NCBI RefSeq assembly: GCF_006345805.1
Contig: NC_043007.1
Span: forward strand, 19,902,001 to 19,966,000
DNA length: 64,000 nt
Origin: Octopus sinensis
Lineage: Eukaryota
Direction of reading: 5' to 3'
Of this stretch, positions 13,199 through 26,038 are shown in pieces (position 1 is the stretch's first letter; every line of letters begins with the position of its first letter). The position numbers and the translations under genes are program-made. The notes beneath the pieces are model-generated. The model worked only from the letters and a program-made list of their open reading frames with translations, was not told the DNA's origin and searched no databases.

Positions 13199-13258
13199 CC
13201 GGAGTAAACACATAAATGTGAAACAAGGTGGAAAAAATACCAGTGGTAGAGTAATATG

Positions 13259-13387
13259 CTTTATTTAGAGCAGCAGAAACTTCAACAAAACCTGTTACTC
13301 TGAGTTTCCCATTGCCGTTCATCGGACACGGCAATGGGAAACTCAGAGTAACAGGTTTTGTTGAATTTTCTGCTGCTTTAAATAAAG
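13259..13387. repeat. Near-perfect hairpin (60-bp arms, 9-nt loop), Penelope-like fold-back
   Basis: Two mismatches between arms; preceded by a repeat (acataaatgtgaaacaaggtgg) also seen near 45050-45105. Confidence 0.9.
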
Positions 13388-13426
<39 letters not shown>

Positions 13427-13715
13427 GGTATGTACATATATGTATGTATATATATGCATATATTTATATATTTATATCTATGTATATAAATAAATGTATA
13501 TATAATGTGTGTCTGTGTGTATGAACATACATGCGCACACACAGATACATACACACAGTTGATTCTGCTTCATTGTACACCAGACAATTGGATAACCTTT
13601 CCAAGCACCAGTTCACCATCAATTCTGTAATAGTGATCCGTCAACTCCTCATGCAAATAAAATCAATTTCAGTTAAATGCTTAAGAATTTTACCAGTTTT
13701 AAGAAAAGCACTTTT

Positions 13716-14165
13716 ATTTTATCTAGTTTCAGCTCACGAGCTGTGGCCATGCTGGGGCACTGCCATTTGGTGTTGCTACAAAATTTTACTTCACGAATGC
13801 TTTTTAGGAATTGACATTTGGTGCATGAGAGTTCGATGCAGCTGCCCTCATCTGCACCTCCTGCCGCGAAGTTGGTTCATCTGGGACACCTGACAGGAAG
13901 AGGTCCAGCTTTATTTTGAAGGCACCTACATCCACCCCATGCAGGTCTCTCAGGTCCTTTGGGAGGATATTGAAGAGCTGTGGACCTCTGAAGCCCAGGC
14001 TATTGCAGTATCTTGTCCTACATCTTGATGGCAAATTTGGAGTCCTTGGCACTATGCAGTGGCGCCCAGTTCTAGTATTTGTGTAACTCTCGATGCCAAA
14101 ATTTGGGGCAAGTCCTTCCAGGATCTTCCAGATGTATATTATGGCATATCTTTCTCGCCTACGCT
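13716..14165 (-). mobile_element. CR1/L2-group LINE 3' end
   Basis: ERRRERYAIIYIWKIL.GL.PN...GPQLFNILPK.LRD......FK.KLD.FL..VPDEP; short 3' UTR; second fragment at 54712-54915. Confidence 0.85.
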
Positions 14166-14876
14166 CATAAAAAAATGGAAGATTTAATTTCATAAAACTA
14201 AAGTGATTATGGAATGTACTGTCTACATAACGAGCTGAAATGACAGAATGATAGCCTAGTGGTTAGAGGTGTTTGGCCTATGACCATTAGACCATAGGTT
14301 CAATTTCTGTACTGAGATGTACATTGTGTTTTTGAACCAGGTACACTATTTCACATTGCATCAGTCTACTCAGCTGTAATGAGTGCCAACCCTCTCTCCG
14401 TCCATCTGTTGCATCCTGGATGTTCTTTTGAATCAAGGGCGAGTGATTTAAGACGATGTCGGTGTCTACATCCAACTGTGAAGTCATCCATGACGATTAG
14501 CAAAAGCAAGGTAACATGCAACGAAACCATACCTGGTTGCAAATGACAGCTGCTTGTTCAAACAACCAGACTCAAACACCTTAATCCTTTAACATTCAGG
14601 TCACTCTGGGGAATGTGATGCTTATTTATTCACATTGTTTTCAATTAATCTTATTTTTTCTCACAACCATCAGATGCAGTGGGACTGAACCCAGAACCAT
14701 GTGGTTCGTAAGCAAGCTGCTTACCACACAGCCACTCCTAATATATATATATATAGATAGATAGATACAGATAGATAGATAGATATAGACAGACAGATAG
14801 ATAGATAGATACAGATAGATAGATACAGATAGATAGATAGATAGAGATAGACAGATAGATAGATCATCATCATCGT

Positions 14877-15254
14877 GGCACTCCATCGGTTGCGACAACA
14901 AGGGTTCCAGTTGATCCGATCAACGAAACAGCTTGCTCATGAAATTAACGTGCAAGTGGCTGAGCACTCCACAGACACGTGTACCCTTAACGTAGTGCTC
15001 AGGGGAGATTCATCATGACACAGAGTGTGACAAGGCTGGCCCTTTGAAATACAGGTACAAGAGAAACAGGAAGGAAGAGTGAAAGAAAGTTGTGGTGAAA
15101 GAGTATAGTAGGGTTTGCCACCAACCCCTGCTGGAACCTTGTGGAGCGTTTGGTGTTTTTGCTCAATAAATACTCACAACGCCCTGTTTGGGAATCGAAA
15201 CCGCAATCCTATGATCGCAAGTCCGCTGCTCTAACCACTGGGCCATTGCACCTC
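14877..15254 (-). mobile_element. SINE family C inserted in an (AGAT)n tetranucleotide array (14750-15510)
   Basis: Reverse complement of gaggtgcaatggcccagtggttagagcagcggacttgcg...gtttcgattccc head; GATA repeats on both sides. Confidence 0.85.
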
Positions 15255-15309
15255 GATAGATCAGTAGATCGATAGACAGACAGACAGACAGACAGATAGA
15301 TCGATAAAC

Positions 15310-15368
<59 letters not shown>

Positions 15369-16074
15369 CCGATAGACAGATCGATAGACAGACAGATAGA
15401 TCGATAGACAGACAGATAGATAGATCGATAGACAGATCAACAGACAGATAGATAGATAGATACATACATAGATACATAGATAGATAGAGAGAGAGATAGA
15501 TAGATATAGATATCTTTTATCTTTTACTTGCTCCAGTTATTAAACTGCGGCCATGCTGGGGCACTGCCTTGAAGAATTTTTAGTCAGATAAATCGACCCT
15601 AGTACTTTCCCCCCACTTTTAAGACTTGTACTTATTCTATCAGGCTATTTTTGCCGAACCGCTAAGTTACAGGGATGTAAACACACCAACATTGGTTATC
15701 AAATGATGGTGGAGGACAAGCACAAACACACACACACATATTGAAGCCTTTTGATTGAATTTGATAGGCAAAAGTTCCTATCATGTGTGTGAAAGTGTTT
15801 GTGCCTCCTAATAGAGAAAAGAGAAAACATACACACATACATACACACATACACACACACAATGGGCTTCTTTCAGTTTCCATCTACCAAATCTACTCAC
15901 AAGGCTTTGGTCAGCCCCACACAACAGTAGCCATTCGTCCAAGGTCCCACGCAATGAGACTGAACCCAGAACCATGTGATTGGGAAGCAAGCTTCTTACC
16001 ACACAGCCATGCCTGCACCTATGGATTGATAGATGTGTATGTGTGTGTATATATATATATGTGTGTGTATACAA

Positions 16075-16530
16075 TGGGCTACCAAATGCAGATTGGTGAA
16101 TGCAATTGTCTTCCCAATAGCAACATATGGGTGCGAGACCTGGACACTAAAGAAAGCTGACCAGAAGAGAATTAATGCATTCGAGCTTTGGTGTTGGAGA
16201 AGACGTTTGCGGATTCCATGGACAGTGAGGCTCACCAATGGAGAAGTTCTTAAGCAGATCAGGCTGAAAATGTCGCTAGAAGCTGGGATCACCAAGCGTA
16301 GATTGGCATATTTTGGTCATATTATGCGGAGAGAATCCCTGGAGAAGGACATCATGTTCGGAATGGTCAATGGCAAGAGAGGAAGAGGCCGACCAAGGAC
16401 CCGCTGGCTTGACACCATCAAGAGTGACACGGGAATGGCCATAGCCAATCTGAAAGAAGTGGCCCAGGATAGAACTGGCTGGAGGACACTGATCCAACGA
16501 GTAACCGAGAGTCAACTTCGACTGAGCAGA
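16075..16530 (+). mobile_element. BovB-like RTE LINE ORF2 C-terminal fragment
   Basis: VFPIATYGCETWTLKKADQKRINAFELWCWRR.LRIPWT...KRRLAYFGHIMRR..SLEKDIMFG.V.GKRGRGRPRTRWLD. Confidence 0.9.
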
Positions 16531-17401
16531 TACAATGGGCTTCCTTACAATTTCCATCTACGAAATTCGTTCATAAAAGACACTTACCCAAGGTGCCAAG
16601 CAGTGAGTTTGAACCCACAACCACATGTTTGCAAATTGGCTTTCTTAACCACTCAGTCACACAGTAGCTTACTACTGGTAATATAGTACAATTTTGTTAA
16701 TTATTGCTCATTATGCATTTTCTCTTAATTGCATAAAAATGTCGATCACTGGAGCTATTTAATTAAGCAGATTTGGGTGTCTTTCAACAAAGATGTAACA
16801 GAATAAGAAATTATCAAGCCGTCCAACCCATGCTGACAGGAAAAAAACAGACGTTAGATAACGATGATGATGATGATGATGACGATGATGATGAAGATGA
16901 TGGCGAGTTTATTTATTCAAATAGTTGTTTCAAAACGAAGGAAATAGTGCAGTATCATAAGGGGAAAAATCCTCGAAATATTTGTGTGTGGTTTATAAGT
17001 ATTTAAAGTGGAAAACAAGCAGTATGATTGTGTCGTAACCCATCCTATAACGAAGGAATTTTTTTTATTTTCGTATGTAGTGATGGGGAGGGGGGTATAG
17101 GTATGCACAATAGTGTGTGAGGGGGGGGCACGCGCGCGCGCGCATGTTTGTGTTCGTGAAAAATAAGACATACGTTTATAAAAAGGGAGATAACCAGATT
17201 AAAGTTGATAGCTGACACACATAAAACATAAAGGATTATTTATCCATACATACTGTGTGTGTGTGTGTGTCTGTGTGTATTAGAAATATTTCATACAGGT
17301 CGGGAGATATGGAAAAAAAAGGAGAAAATGCGTTTTTCCTTTTGTATTTCAGTTAATTAATTCCAAAGTTTCTTATTGAACAGACAGTTTTAAAAATATA
17401 A

Positions 17402-17793
17402 CTAGCAGTATCACCCGGCGTTGCTCGGTTTTGTTTCGACCCTTTAGAATTGGAATTTTTGAAAAGTAAAAATTTTGCATTATGTAGCTTGTCATTCTCT
17501 TTAAGTGAATATTTTTCTGGTTGAAATACACCGAAAAATGGCGACACAGCAGTCAAAAAATCGTAAAAAGTAGGGATTTTCATAGAAAAAAAGCACCTTT
17601 TTGATGTAAATAATTTTTGGTGTTAACATGGTCCGATTAGAATTTTTTCTTCTACGGAATGAAGAGCAAGCCTTCTTCTATCATACTCTCAATTTTGGTC
17701 AACTTGCGCTGCAGGGTCTCGGAGAAGATAGTATTAGTTGAAGGTTACCAAACCTGCCACACTCAGACAACTTCGGCTTTATATATAGAGAGA
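17402..17793 (-). mobile_element. Non-autonomous Helitron-like element
   Basis: On -: 5' A|TC start, subterminal hairpin ccgagcaacgccggg, CTAG|T 3' end. Similar 5' ends at about 52874 and 54336; a similar 3' end at 26153. Confidence 0.75.
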
Positions 17794-18057
17794 TATTTAC
17801 TGAAAACAGGATAATACAAACAAATTATTTCATGATTATGGATTACTCTTTACTCTTTTACTTGTTTCAGTCATTTGACTGCAGCCATGCTGGAGCACCG
17901 CCTTTTCATCGAGCAACTCGACCCCGGGACTTATTCTTTGTAAGCCCAGTACTTATTCTATCGGTCTCTTTTGCCGAACTGCTAAGTGACGGGGACATAA
18001 ACACACCAGCATCGGTTGTCAAGCAATACTAGGGGGACAAACACAGACACACAAACG

Positions 18058-18079
<22 letters not shown>

Positions 18080-18089
<10 letters not shown>

Positions 18090-19731
18090 CATATATACGA
18101 CAGGCTTCTTTCAGTTTCCGTCTACCAAATCCACTCACAAGGCATTGGTCGGCCCGGGGCTCTAGCAGAAGACACTTGCCCAAGATTCCACACAGTGGGA
18201 CTGAACCCGGAACCATGTGGTTGGTTAGCAAGCTACTTACCACACAGCCACTCGTAAATTCAAATAATTCCATAGTGTCTCATTAAATACTTCAAATTCC
18301 ATAATTAAAAAAGATATTCACTGAAGTATGAAAGGAAAGCACATTTTTTTATTACTATTTTTTCCATATATAGGCACAATCGTGGCCACGTGGTAAGAAG
18401 CAGGCAATCACATGGTTGCAGGTTCAGTTCCACTGCGTGACACCTTGGGCAAGTGTCTTCTACTATAGCTTTGGGAGTGAATTTGGGAGATAGAAACTGA
18501 AGGAAGCCTGTCGTATATGTGTGTGTGTGTATATATATGTGTATATATATATATACATATATATATATATGTGTGTGTGTGAGTGTATATCTGTATGTGT
18601 TTGTCCCCCCTCCACTATCACTTGGCAACCGATGTTGGTGTGTTTATGTCCCTGTAACTTAGCAGTTCGGCAAAAATAAAACCAATAGAATAAGCACTAG
18701 GCTTACAAACAATAAGTCTTGGTAGTCGATTGGTTTGACTGAAAGTAGTGCTCCAGCAGTCCACAGTCATATGACTGAAACAAGTAAAAGAATAATAGAA
18801 TATATACACATATACATGTATGTGTATACAGTAATGTTTGTTTTTATATTCTGATAATAAATTTGCATTAATATATTATATATGTGTGTGTGTGTGTGTA
18901 TATATATGTATATATACACACACACACACACCACACACAATATATATATATACATATATACGACAGGCTTCTTTCAGTTTCCGTCTACCAAATCCACTCA
19001 CAAGGCATTGGTCGGCCCGGGGCTCTAGCAGAAGACACTTGCCCAAGATTCCACACAGTGGGACTGAACCCGGAACCATGTGGTTGGTTAGCAAGCTACT
19101 TACCACACAGCCACTCATAAATTCAAATAATTCCATAGTGTCTCATTAAATACTTCAAATTCCATAATTAAAAAAGATATTCACTGAAGTATGAAAGGAA
19201 AGCACATTTTTTATACTATTTTTTCCATATATAGGCACAATCGTGGCCACGTGGTAAGAAGCAGGCAATCACATGGTTGCAGGTTCAGTTCCACTGCGTG
19301 ACACCTTGGGCAAGTGTCTTCTACTATAGCTTTGGGAGTGAATTTGGGAGATAGAAACTGAAGGAAGCCTGTCGTATATGTGTGTGTGTGTATATATATG
19401 TGTATATATATATACATATATATATATGTGTGTGTGTGAGTGTATATCTGTATGTGTTTGTCCCCCCTCCACTATCACTTGGCAACCGATGTTGGTGTGT
19501 TTATGTCCCTGTAACTTAGCAGTTCGGCAAAAATAAAACCAATAGATAAGCACTAGGCTTACAAACAATAAGTCTTGGTAGCGATTGGTTTGACTGAAGG
19601 TAGTGCTCCAGCAGTCCACAGTCATATGACTGAAACAAGTAAAAGAATAATAGAATATATACACATATACATGTATGTGTATACAGTAATGTTTGTTTTT
19701 ATATTCTGATAATAAATTTGCATTAATATAT

Positions 19732-19762
<31 letters not shown>

Positions 19763-19763
19763 G

Positions 19764-19800
<37 letters not shown>
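18080..19800. repeat. Tandem duplication of a ~860-bp block (SINE A head + unique spacer + inverted old SINE A)
   Basis: Same sequence at offset 863 (e.g. 18098 / 18961); differences are mostly 1-nt indels. Confidence 0.9.
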
Positions 19801-19811
<11 letters not shown>

Positions 19812-19903
19812 CACACACACACATATATATATATAATATACACACATATATATAATAATACATATATATAGGGAAAATTCACGAAATATATATACACACA
19901 TAC

Positions 19904-19963
<60 letters not shown>

Positions 19964-20080
19964 TACATACATATATACATACATATATATTATATAGTAT
20001 GTATCATGTATATATATATATATATAACAATATACATACATATTATATATATAATATATATATTATATGTATGTATCATG

Positions 20081-20116
<36 letters not shown>

Positions 20117-20246
20117 CATACATATATGTATTATATATATGTATGTATCATGTATATATATATAATATATATATACATATATTATATATATAACATACAT
20201 ATATATATAATGTATGTATCATGTATATATATATGTATGTATCATG

Positions 20247-20278
<32 letters not shown>

Positions 20279-20330
20279 TATAATACATACATATATATAT
20301 ATATATATAGATATATATATTATATGTATC

Positions 20331-20372
<42 letters not shown>
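19730..20372. repeat. (TA)n/(TG)n-rich microsatellite; similar blocks at 23140-23460, 37380-37690 and 58220-58430
   Basis: Direct inspection. Confidence 0.95.
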
Positions 20373-20374
<2 letters not shown>

Positions 20375-22899
20375 GGCAGTGTCGGCTATAAACTAGTCAC
20401 CCATATATTAACCAGGTGAACACGAAGGAGTCATACCAATGACTGGTGCAGCAGCATACTAGTCAACTGCTACAAGGTAAAGGTGATGCCCTAGATACAA
20501 ATAATTACAAGGTATCAAGCTGTTGGATCAAGTAATGAAGGTTACGGAGAGGGTCATAGCCCAACTAATTAGAGAGAGAGTTAGTTTAGATGAGATGCAG
20601 TTTGGGTTCGTGCCAGGAAAAAGTACCACTGATGCTATATCCTGGTAAGGCAGCTGCAGGAGAAATACCTAGCAAAGATAAGCCCCTGTACCTGGCTTTC
20701 GTTGACATGGAGAAGCTTTTGATAGGGTCCCCGATCCCTTATCTGGTGGTCAATGAGGAAACTAGGGATAGATGAATGGCTGGTGAGGACTGTGCAAGCC
20801 ATGTACAGAGATGCCGTAAGTAAGGTTAGGGTTGGCAACATGTACACAGAAGAATTCAAATAGAGGTTGGGGTCCACCAGGGTTCAGTACTCAGCCCCCT
20901 CCTATTTATCATAGTACTCCAGGCAATTACGGAGGAATTCAAGACAGGCGTCCCTGGGAGCTCCTCTACGCTGACGACCTTGCTCTTATTGCTGAGTCAC
21001 TATCAGAACTGGAGGAGAAGTTCCAGGTGTGGAAGGAGGGTTTAGAATCAAGGGGCCTTAGAGTCAACCTAGCTAAAACCAAAGTACTAATAAGTAGAAA
21101 GGTAGACAATCCACAAATATCTTCAGGAAGAAGGCCCTGCTCGATCTGTAGAAAAGGTGTAGGTAGAAACTCTATAAGATGTACCCAGTGTAAGCTATGG
21201 ACACATAAGAGGTGCAGCAATGTCAAAGGTAGGCTAACTGGGAAGATAGTTTTTTGTATGTGGCAGATGCTCGGGAGCATTAACCTCCGAAAATCTGCAG
21301 AAAACAACTTCCGTCACTTTCCAGGGGAAAAAACTAGAAGTAGTTGATAGCTTCCGTTATCTAGGTGACCAAGTCAGTAGTGGGGTGGGGTGCGCTGAAA
21401 GTGTAACTGCTAGAATAAGAATAGCCTGGGCAAAGTTTAGGGAGCTCTTACCTCTGCTGGTGACTAAAGGCCTCTCGCTCAGAGTAAAAGGCAGACTGTA
21501 TGATGCGTGTGTACGAACAGCCATGCTACATGGCAGCGAAACATGGGCTGTGACTGCTGAGGACATGCGTAAGCTCGTGAGGAATGAAGCCAGTATGCTC
21601 CGATGGATGTGTAATGTCAGTGTACATACTCGACAGAGCGTTAGCACCTTGAGAGAAATGTTGTACCTAAGAAGCATCAGTTGTGGTGTGCAAGAGAGAC
21701 GATTGCGCTGGTATGGTCATGTGGCGAGAATGGATGAAGATAGTGTGTGAGAAAAGTGCCAATCCCTAGCAGTTGAGGGAACCCGTGGAAGAGGTAGACC
21801 CAGGAAAACCTGGGGACGAGGTGGTGAAGCACGACCTTCGAACTTTAGGCCTCACTGAGGAAATGACCAGAGACCGAGAACCTTTGGAAATATTCTGTAC
21901 GTGAGAAGACCAGGCAGGACAAGTGAGCCCAGCCCACTTATGAATGCCTTTCCTCCCTTGGACAAAGACCGGTTGAGGCAAGCGAAGTCGATATAGAACC
22001 TCATCCGACGACAGACACCATCCAACCCCCCATGCTTGCGAAGACATGTTGGGGCAAGCGAAATCGAAATCGAAATCGAAACCGAATTGAACCAGCCAGG
22101 ATCCCTGGCCTGGTGGTACGTAAAAAGCACTATCCGACTCGGGGCCGTGGCACGTAAAATACTCAATGCGACCGTACGACAGGCACCCATGCCAACCCCC
22201 TTTGCTTGTGAAGACATGTTGGGGCAAGCGAAATCGAATCGAATTGAACCAGCCAGGATCCCTGGTCTGGTGGTACGTAAAGCACTATCCGACTCGTGGC
22301 CGTGGCACGTAAAATACTCCATTGCGACCGTACGACAGGCACCCTTGCCAACCCCCTTTGCTTGTGAAGACATGTGGGGCAAGCGAAATCGAAATCGAAT
22401 TGAACCAGCCAGTATCCCTGGTCTGGTGGTACGTAAAGCACTATCCGACTCGTGGCCGTGGCACGTAAAATACTCCAATGCGACCGTACGACAGGCACCC
22501 TTGCCAACCCCCTTTGCTTGTGAAGACATGTTGGGCAAGCGAAATCGAAATCGAATTGAACCAGCCAGGATCCCTGGTCTGGTGGTACGTAAAAAGCACT
22601 ATCCGACTCGTGGCCGATGCCAGCACCGCCTCGACTGGCTTCCGTGCCGGTGGCACATAAAATACACCAATCTGACCGTGGCCGTTGCCAGCCCCGCCTG
22701 GCACCTGTGCAGGTGGCACGTAAAAAGCACCCACTACACTCACGGAGTGGTTGGCGTTAGGAAGGGCATCCAGCTGTAGAAACATTGCCAAATTAGACTG
22801 GAGCCTGGTGCAGCCTTCTGGCTTCCCAGAACCCCGGTCGAACCGTCCAACCCATGCTAGCATGGAGAACGGACGTTAAACGACGATGATGATGATGAT
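20373..22899 (+). mobile_element. Young 5'-truncated RTE-group LINE: RT, PHD-like insert, tandem-repeat 3' UTR, (GAT)n tail
   Basis: PLYLAFVDMEK, HQGSVLSPLLF, ELLYADDLALIAES, FRYLG, MLHGSETW and RLRWYGHV motifs spread over frameshifted frames. Confidence 0.93.
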
Positions 22900-23257
22900 C
22901 ATATAATTAAGGGCTAAAGAGGGTTATTCTAAAGCCAAATACACTGTTTTATCCACTTATAATCCGCTTGTTACAGGAAAATTGAAACTGAAAACGGGCA
23001 ACTAACCTTTAGAAAATTTAAATTTCGTTATTAGTGAATGGAAGAAATGGAGTTGAACGAAGATTGTACAGAATTCCTTTTATTACATTCTACACATGTT
23101 TCAAAGGCCACAATTTCCAAAATTCTGATTATATATACATAAAATCATATAATAATATATACATATATATATATATGTATGTATCATGTATATATATATA
23201 TATATATATATCAGCGCTTATATTACACACACACACTTATGAGTGGGTATGTGTGTG

Positions 23258-23296
<39 letters not shown>

Positions 23297-23309
23297 TGTG
23301 TTATATATG

Positions 23310-23349
<40 letters not shown>

Positions 23350-23357
23350 TGTGTGTA

Positions 23358-23414
<57 letters not shown>

Positions 23415-23415
23415 C

Positions 23416-23454
<39 letters not shown>

Positions 23455-23669
23455 TATATGTATTTTATGATGGGATCTCCTGTTACAAGCTATGCACTCA
23501 TAGTAGAGTGTTTGTATGATTGCGTAATACGTGTGTCATGACATTAGGGAAGATGATTATTTTAATGTACAAAAGAGATCCTTGTGCAAAACAAGTCATC
23601 TGACATCAGGAAGCACACACAAGAAATGGCACCATCAACAACATGCCAGAACTTTCCTTCTAGAATTCA

Positions 23670-23722
<53 letters not shown>

Positions 23723-23858
23723 GTTCAAATTTACAGAAAACAAAAGATGAAGGCAGGCAAGGGAACAACAAGCAGATGTATTAGTATTAGTTTGATGCTT
23801 GGGAAGAATGGAAAAGTCTTTGACGTTTCGAGCCTACTTCTTTGACAGAATCATTCAG

Positions 23859-24270
23859 AGGCGCAGGAGTGGCTGTGTGGTAAGTAGCTTGCTTACCAAC
23901 CACATGGTTCTGGGTTCAGTCCCACTGCATGGCATCTTGGGCAAGTGTCTTCTGCTATAGCCCCGGGCTGACCAATGCCTTGTGAGTGGATTTGGTAGAC
24001 GGAAACTGAAAGAAGCCTGTCGTATATATGTATATATGAGTATGTGTGTGTGTTTGTGTGTGTGTGTTTGTCCCCCCTAGCATTGCTTGACAACCAATGC
24101 TGGTGTGTTTACGTCCCCGTCACTTAGCGGTTTGGCAAACGAGACCAATAGAATAAGTACTGGGCTTACAAAGAATAAGTCCCGAGGTCGATTTGCTCGA
24201 CTAAAGGCGGTGCTCCAGCATGGCCGCAGTCAAATGACTGAAACTAGTAAAAGAGTAAAGAGAGAGAGTA
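23859..24270 (+). mobile_element. SINE family A, full length
   Basis: Same head, core and tail as 8394-8816. Confidence 0.9.
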
Positions 24271-24388
24271 ATATATATATCTATATATATATATTTCAGC
24301 AAAAATTTAGATTCAGATGAATATGGTACTTAAGTTAAAGGCACTAAAATTTTGTATGGTATTATCCACATAAATCAAATGGGGTGAT

Positions 24389-24518
24389 TATAATCAAAAT
24401 AAGCAACAAGGATATCCAAAGGTAGTGTAGTACAATTGTTTCATGCTACTTCATTTAGTAGCATGAAACGATTGTACTACACTACCTTTGGGTATCCTTG
24501 TTGCTTATTTTGATTATA
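24389..24518. repeat. Near-perfect hairpin (62-bp arms, 6-nt loop)
   Basis: Two T/C differences only (both G.U-pairable in RNA); related single-arm sequence near 47300-47345. Confidence 0.92.
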
Positions 24519-24916
24519 TATATATATACTCTTTTACTTGTTTCAGTCATTTGACTGCAGCCATGCTGGAGCACCGCCTTTAGTCGAGCAACTCGACCCC
24601 GGGACTTATTCTTTGTAAGCTCAGTACTTATTCTATCGGTCTCTTTTGCCGAACCACTAAGTGATGGGGACGTAAACACACCAGCATCGGTTGTCAAGCA
24701 ATGCTAGGGGGACAAACACAGACACACAAACACACACACACATACATATATATATACATATATACGACAGGCTTCTTTCAGTTTCCGTCTACCAAATCCA
24801 CTCACAAGGCATTGGTCGGCCCGGGACTATAGCAGAAGACACTTGCCCAAGATGCCACGCAGTGGACTGAACCCGGAACCATGTGGTTGGTTAGCAAGCT
24901 ACTTACCACACAGCCA

Positions 24917-24955
<39 letters not shown>

Positions 24956-25671
24956 TATATATATAATAGATATATATATATATATGCATATGGGTACAGG
25001 ATGTAACAAACTGCACAAACAACATGAAATACGTAAAAACAGGACAAGTAAACACAGAAAAGGGACCTATCTACTCCTCATTTCAAGCACTCAACAACAA
25101 AATGAGTCTTCAAAGACAGTTCCCATAAATACCAAAATAAAATTTTGGATTTATGGAGGGTCAAAGTTGGGAACAAAAACATGACAGTGGAGACATGCAA
25201 GGAAACTGAATGAAACCAGAAATTAAGGGTTGTTTGACCAGAACGATAGGAAAATAGTGAATGCTGGGAGAAATATTTTCTTTGAAAAGAGAAGAGACAA
25301 TATAGTTTATATCCAGTTAAAAGAAGAAAAGAAAATGGAGATTAGAAAGTCAGCAATTACCTATTACTAATAAATCGGTCATCTTTGCTTCTTACATCTG
25401 TTTCAATTAATTCTCAATAATTGAATTACAAATTTGTACATTAAATTTGCATTTATGTGACATGAGCATAATTTCACTACAGAAAAAGAAATGTACCTAG
25501 ATATGTTATATGTGGACCTATCAATTCATTTCCACAGACTCATAATAATAATTAATTAACTTCCTGTTCTGTATTTTAGAAATGAGGGCAAATATCTGTC
25601 AAATGTAAATAATGTGAATTAAATTCCTTCTCTCCATTTTGTTTGCTTCTTTTAACTGGATATAAACTATA

Positions 25672-25709
<38 letters not shown>

Positions 25710-25994
25710 CACCATCCGTTCGCGTCCGTTGCCAGCCTCGGCTGGCCCCCGTGCCGGTGGACACGTAAAAGCACCGTCCGTTCGTGGCCGTTCGCCAGCT
25801 CTGTCTGGCACCTGTGCAGGTGGCACGTAAAAAACACCCACTACACTCGCGGAGGAGTGGTGGCGTTAGGAAGGGCATCCAGCCGTAGAGAACACTGCCA
25901 GATCTGACTGGGCCTGACGAAGCCTTCCAGCTTCACAGACCCCAGTTGACCCGTCCAACCCATGCTAGCATGGAAAGCGGACGCTTAACGATGA

Positions 25995-26038
<44 letters not shown>

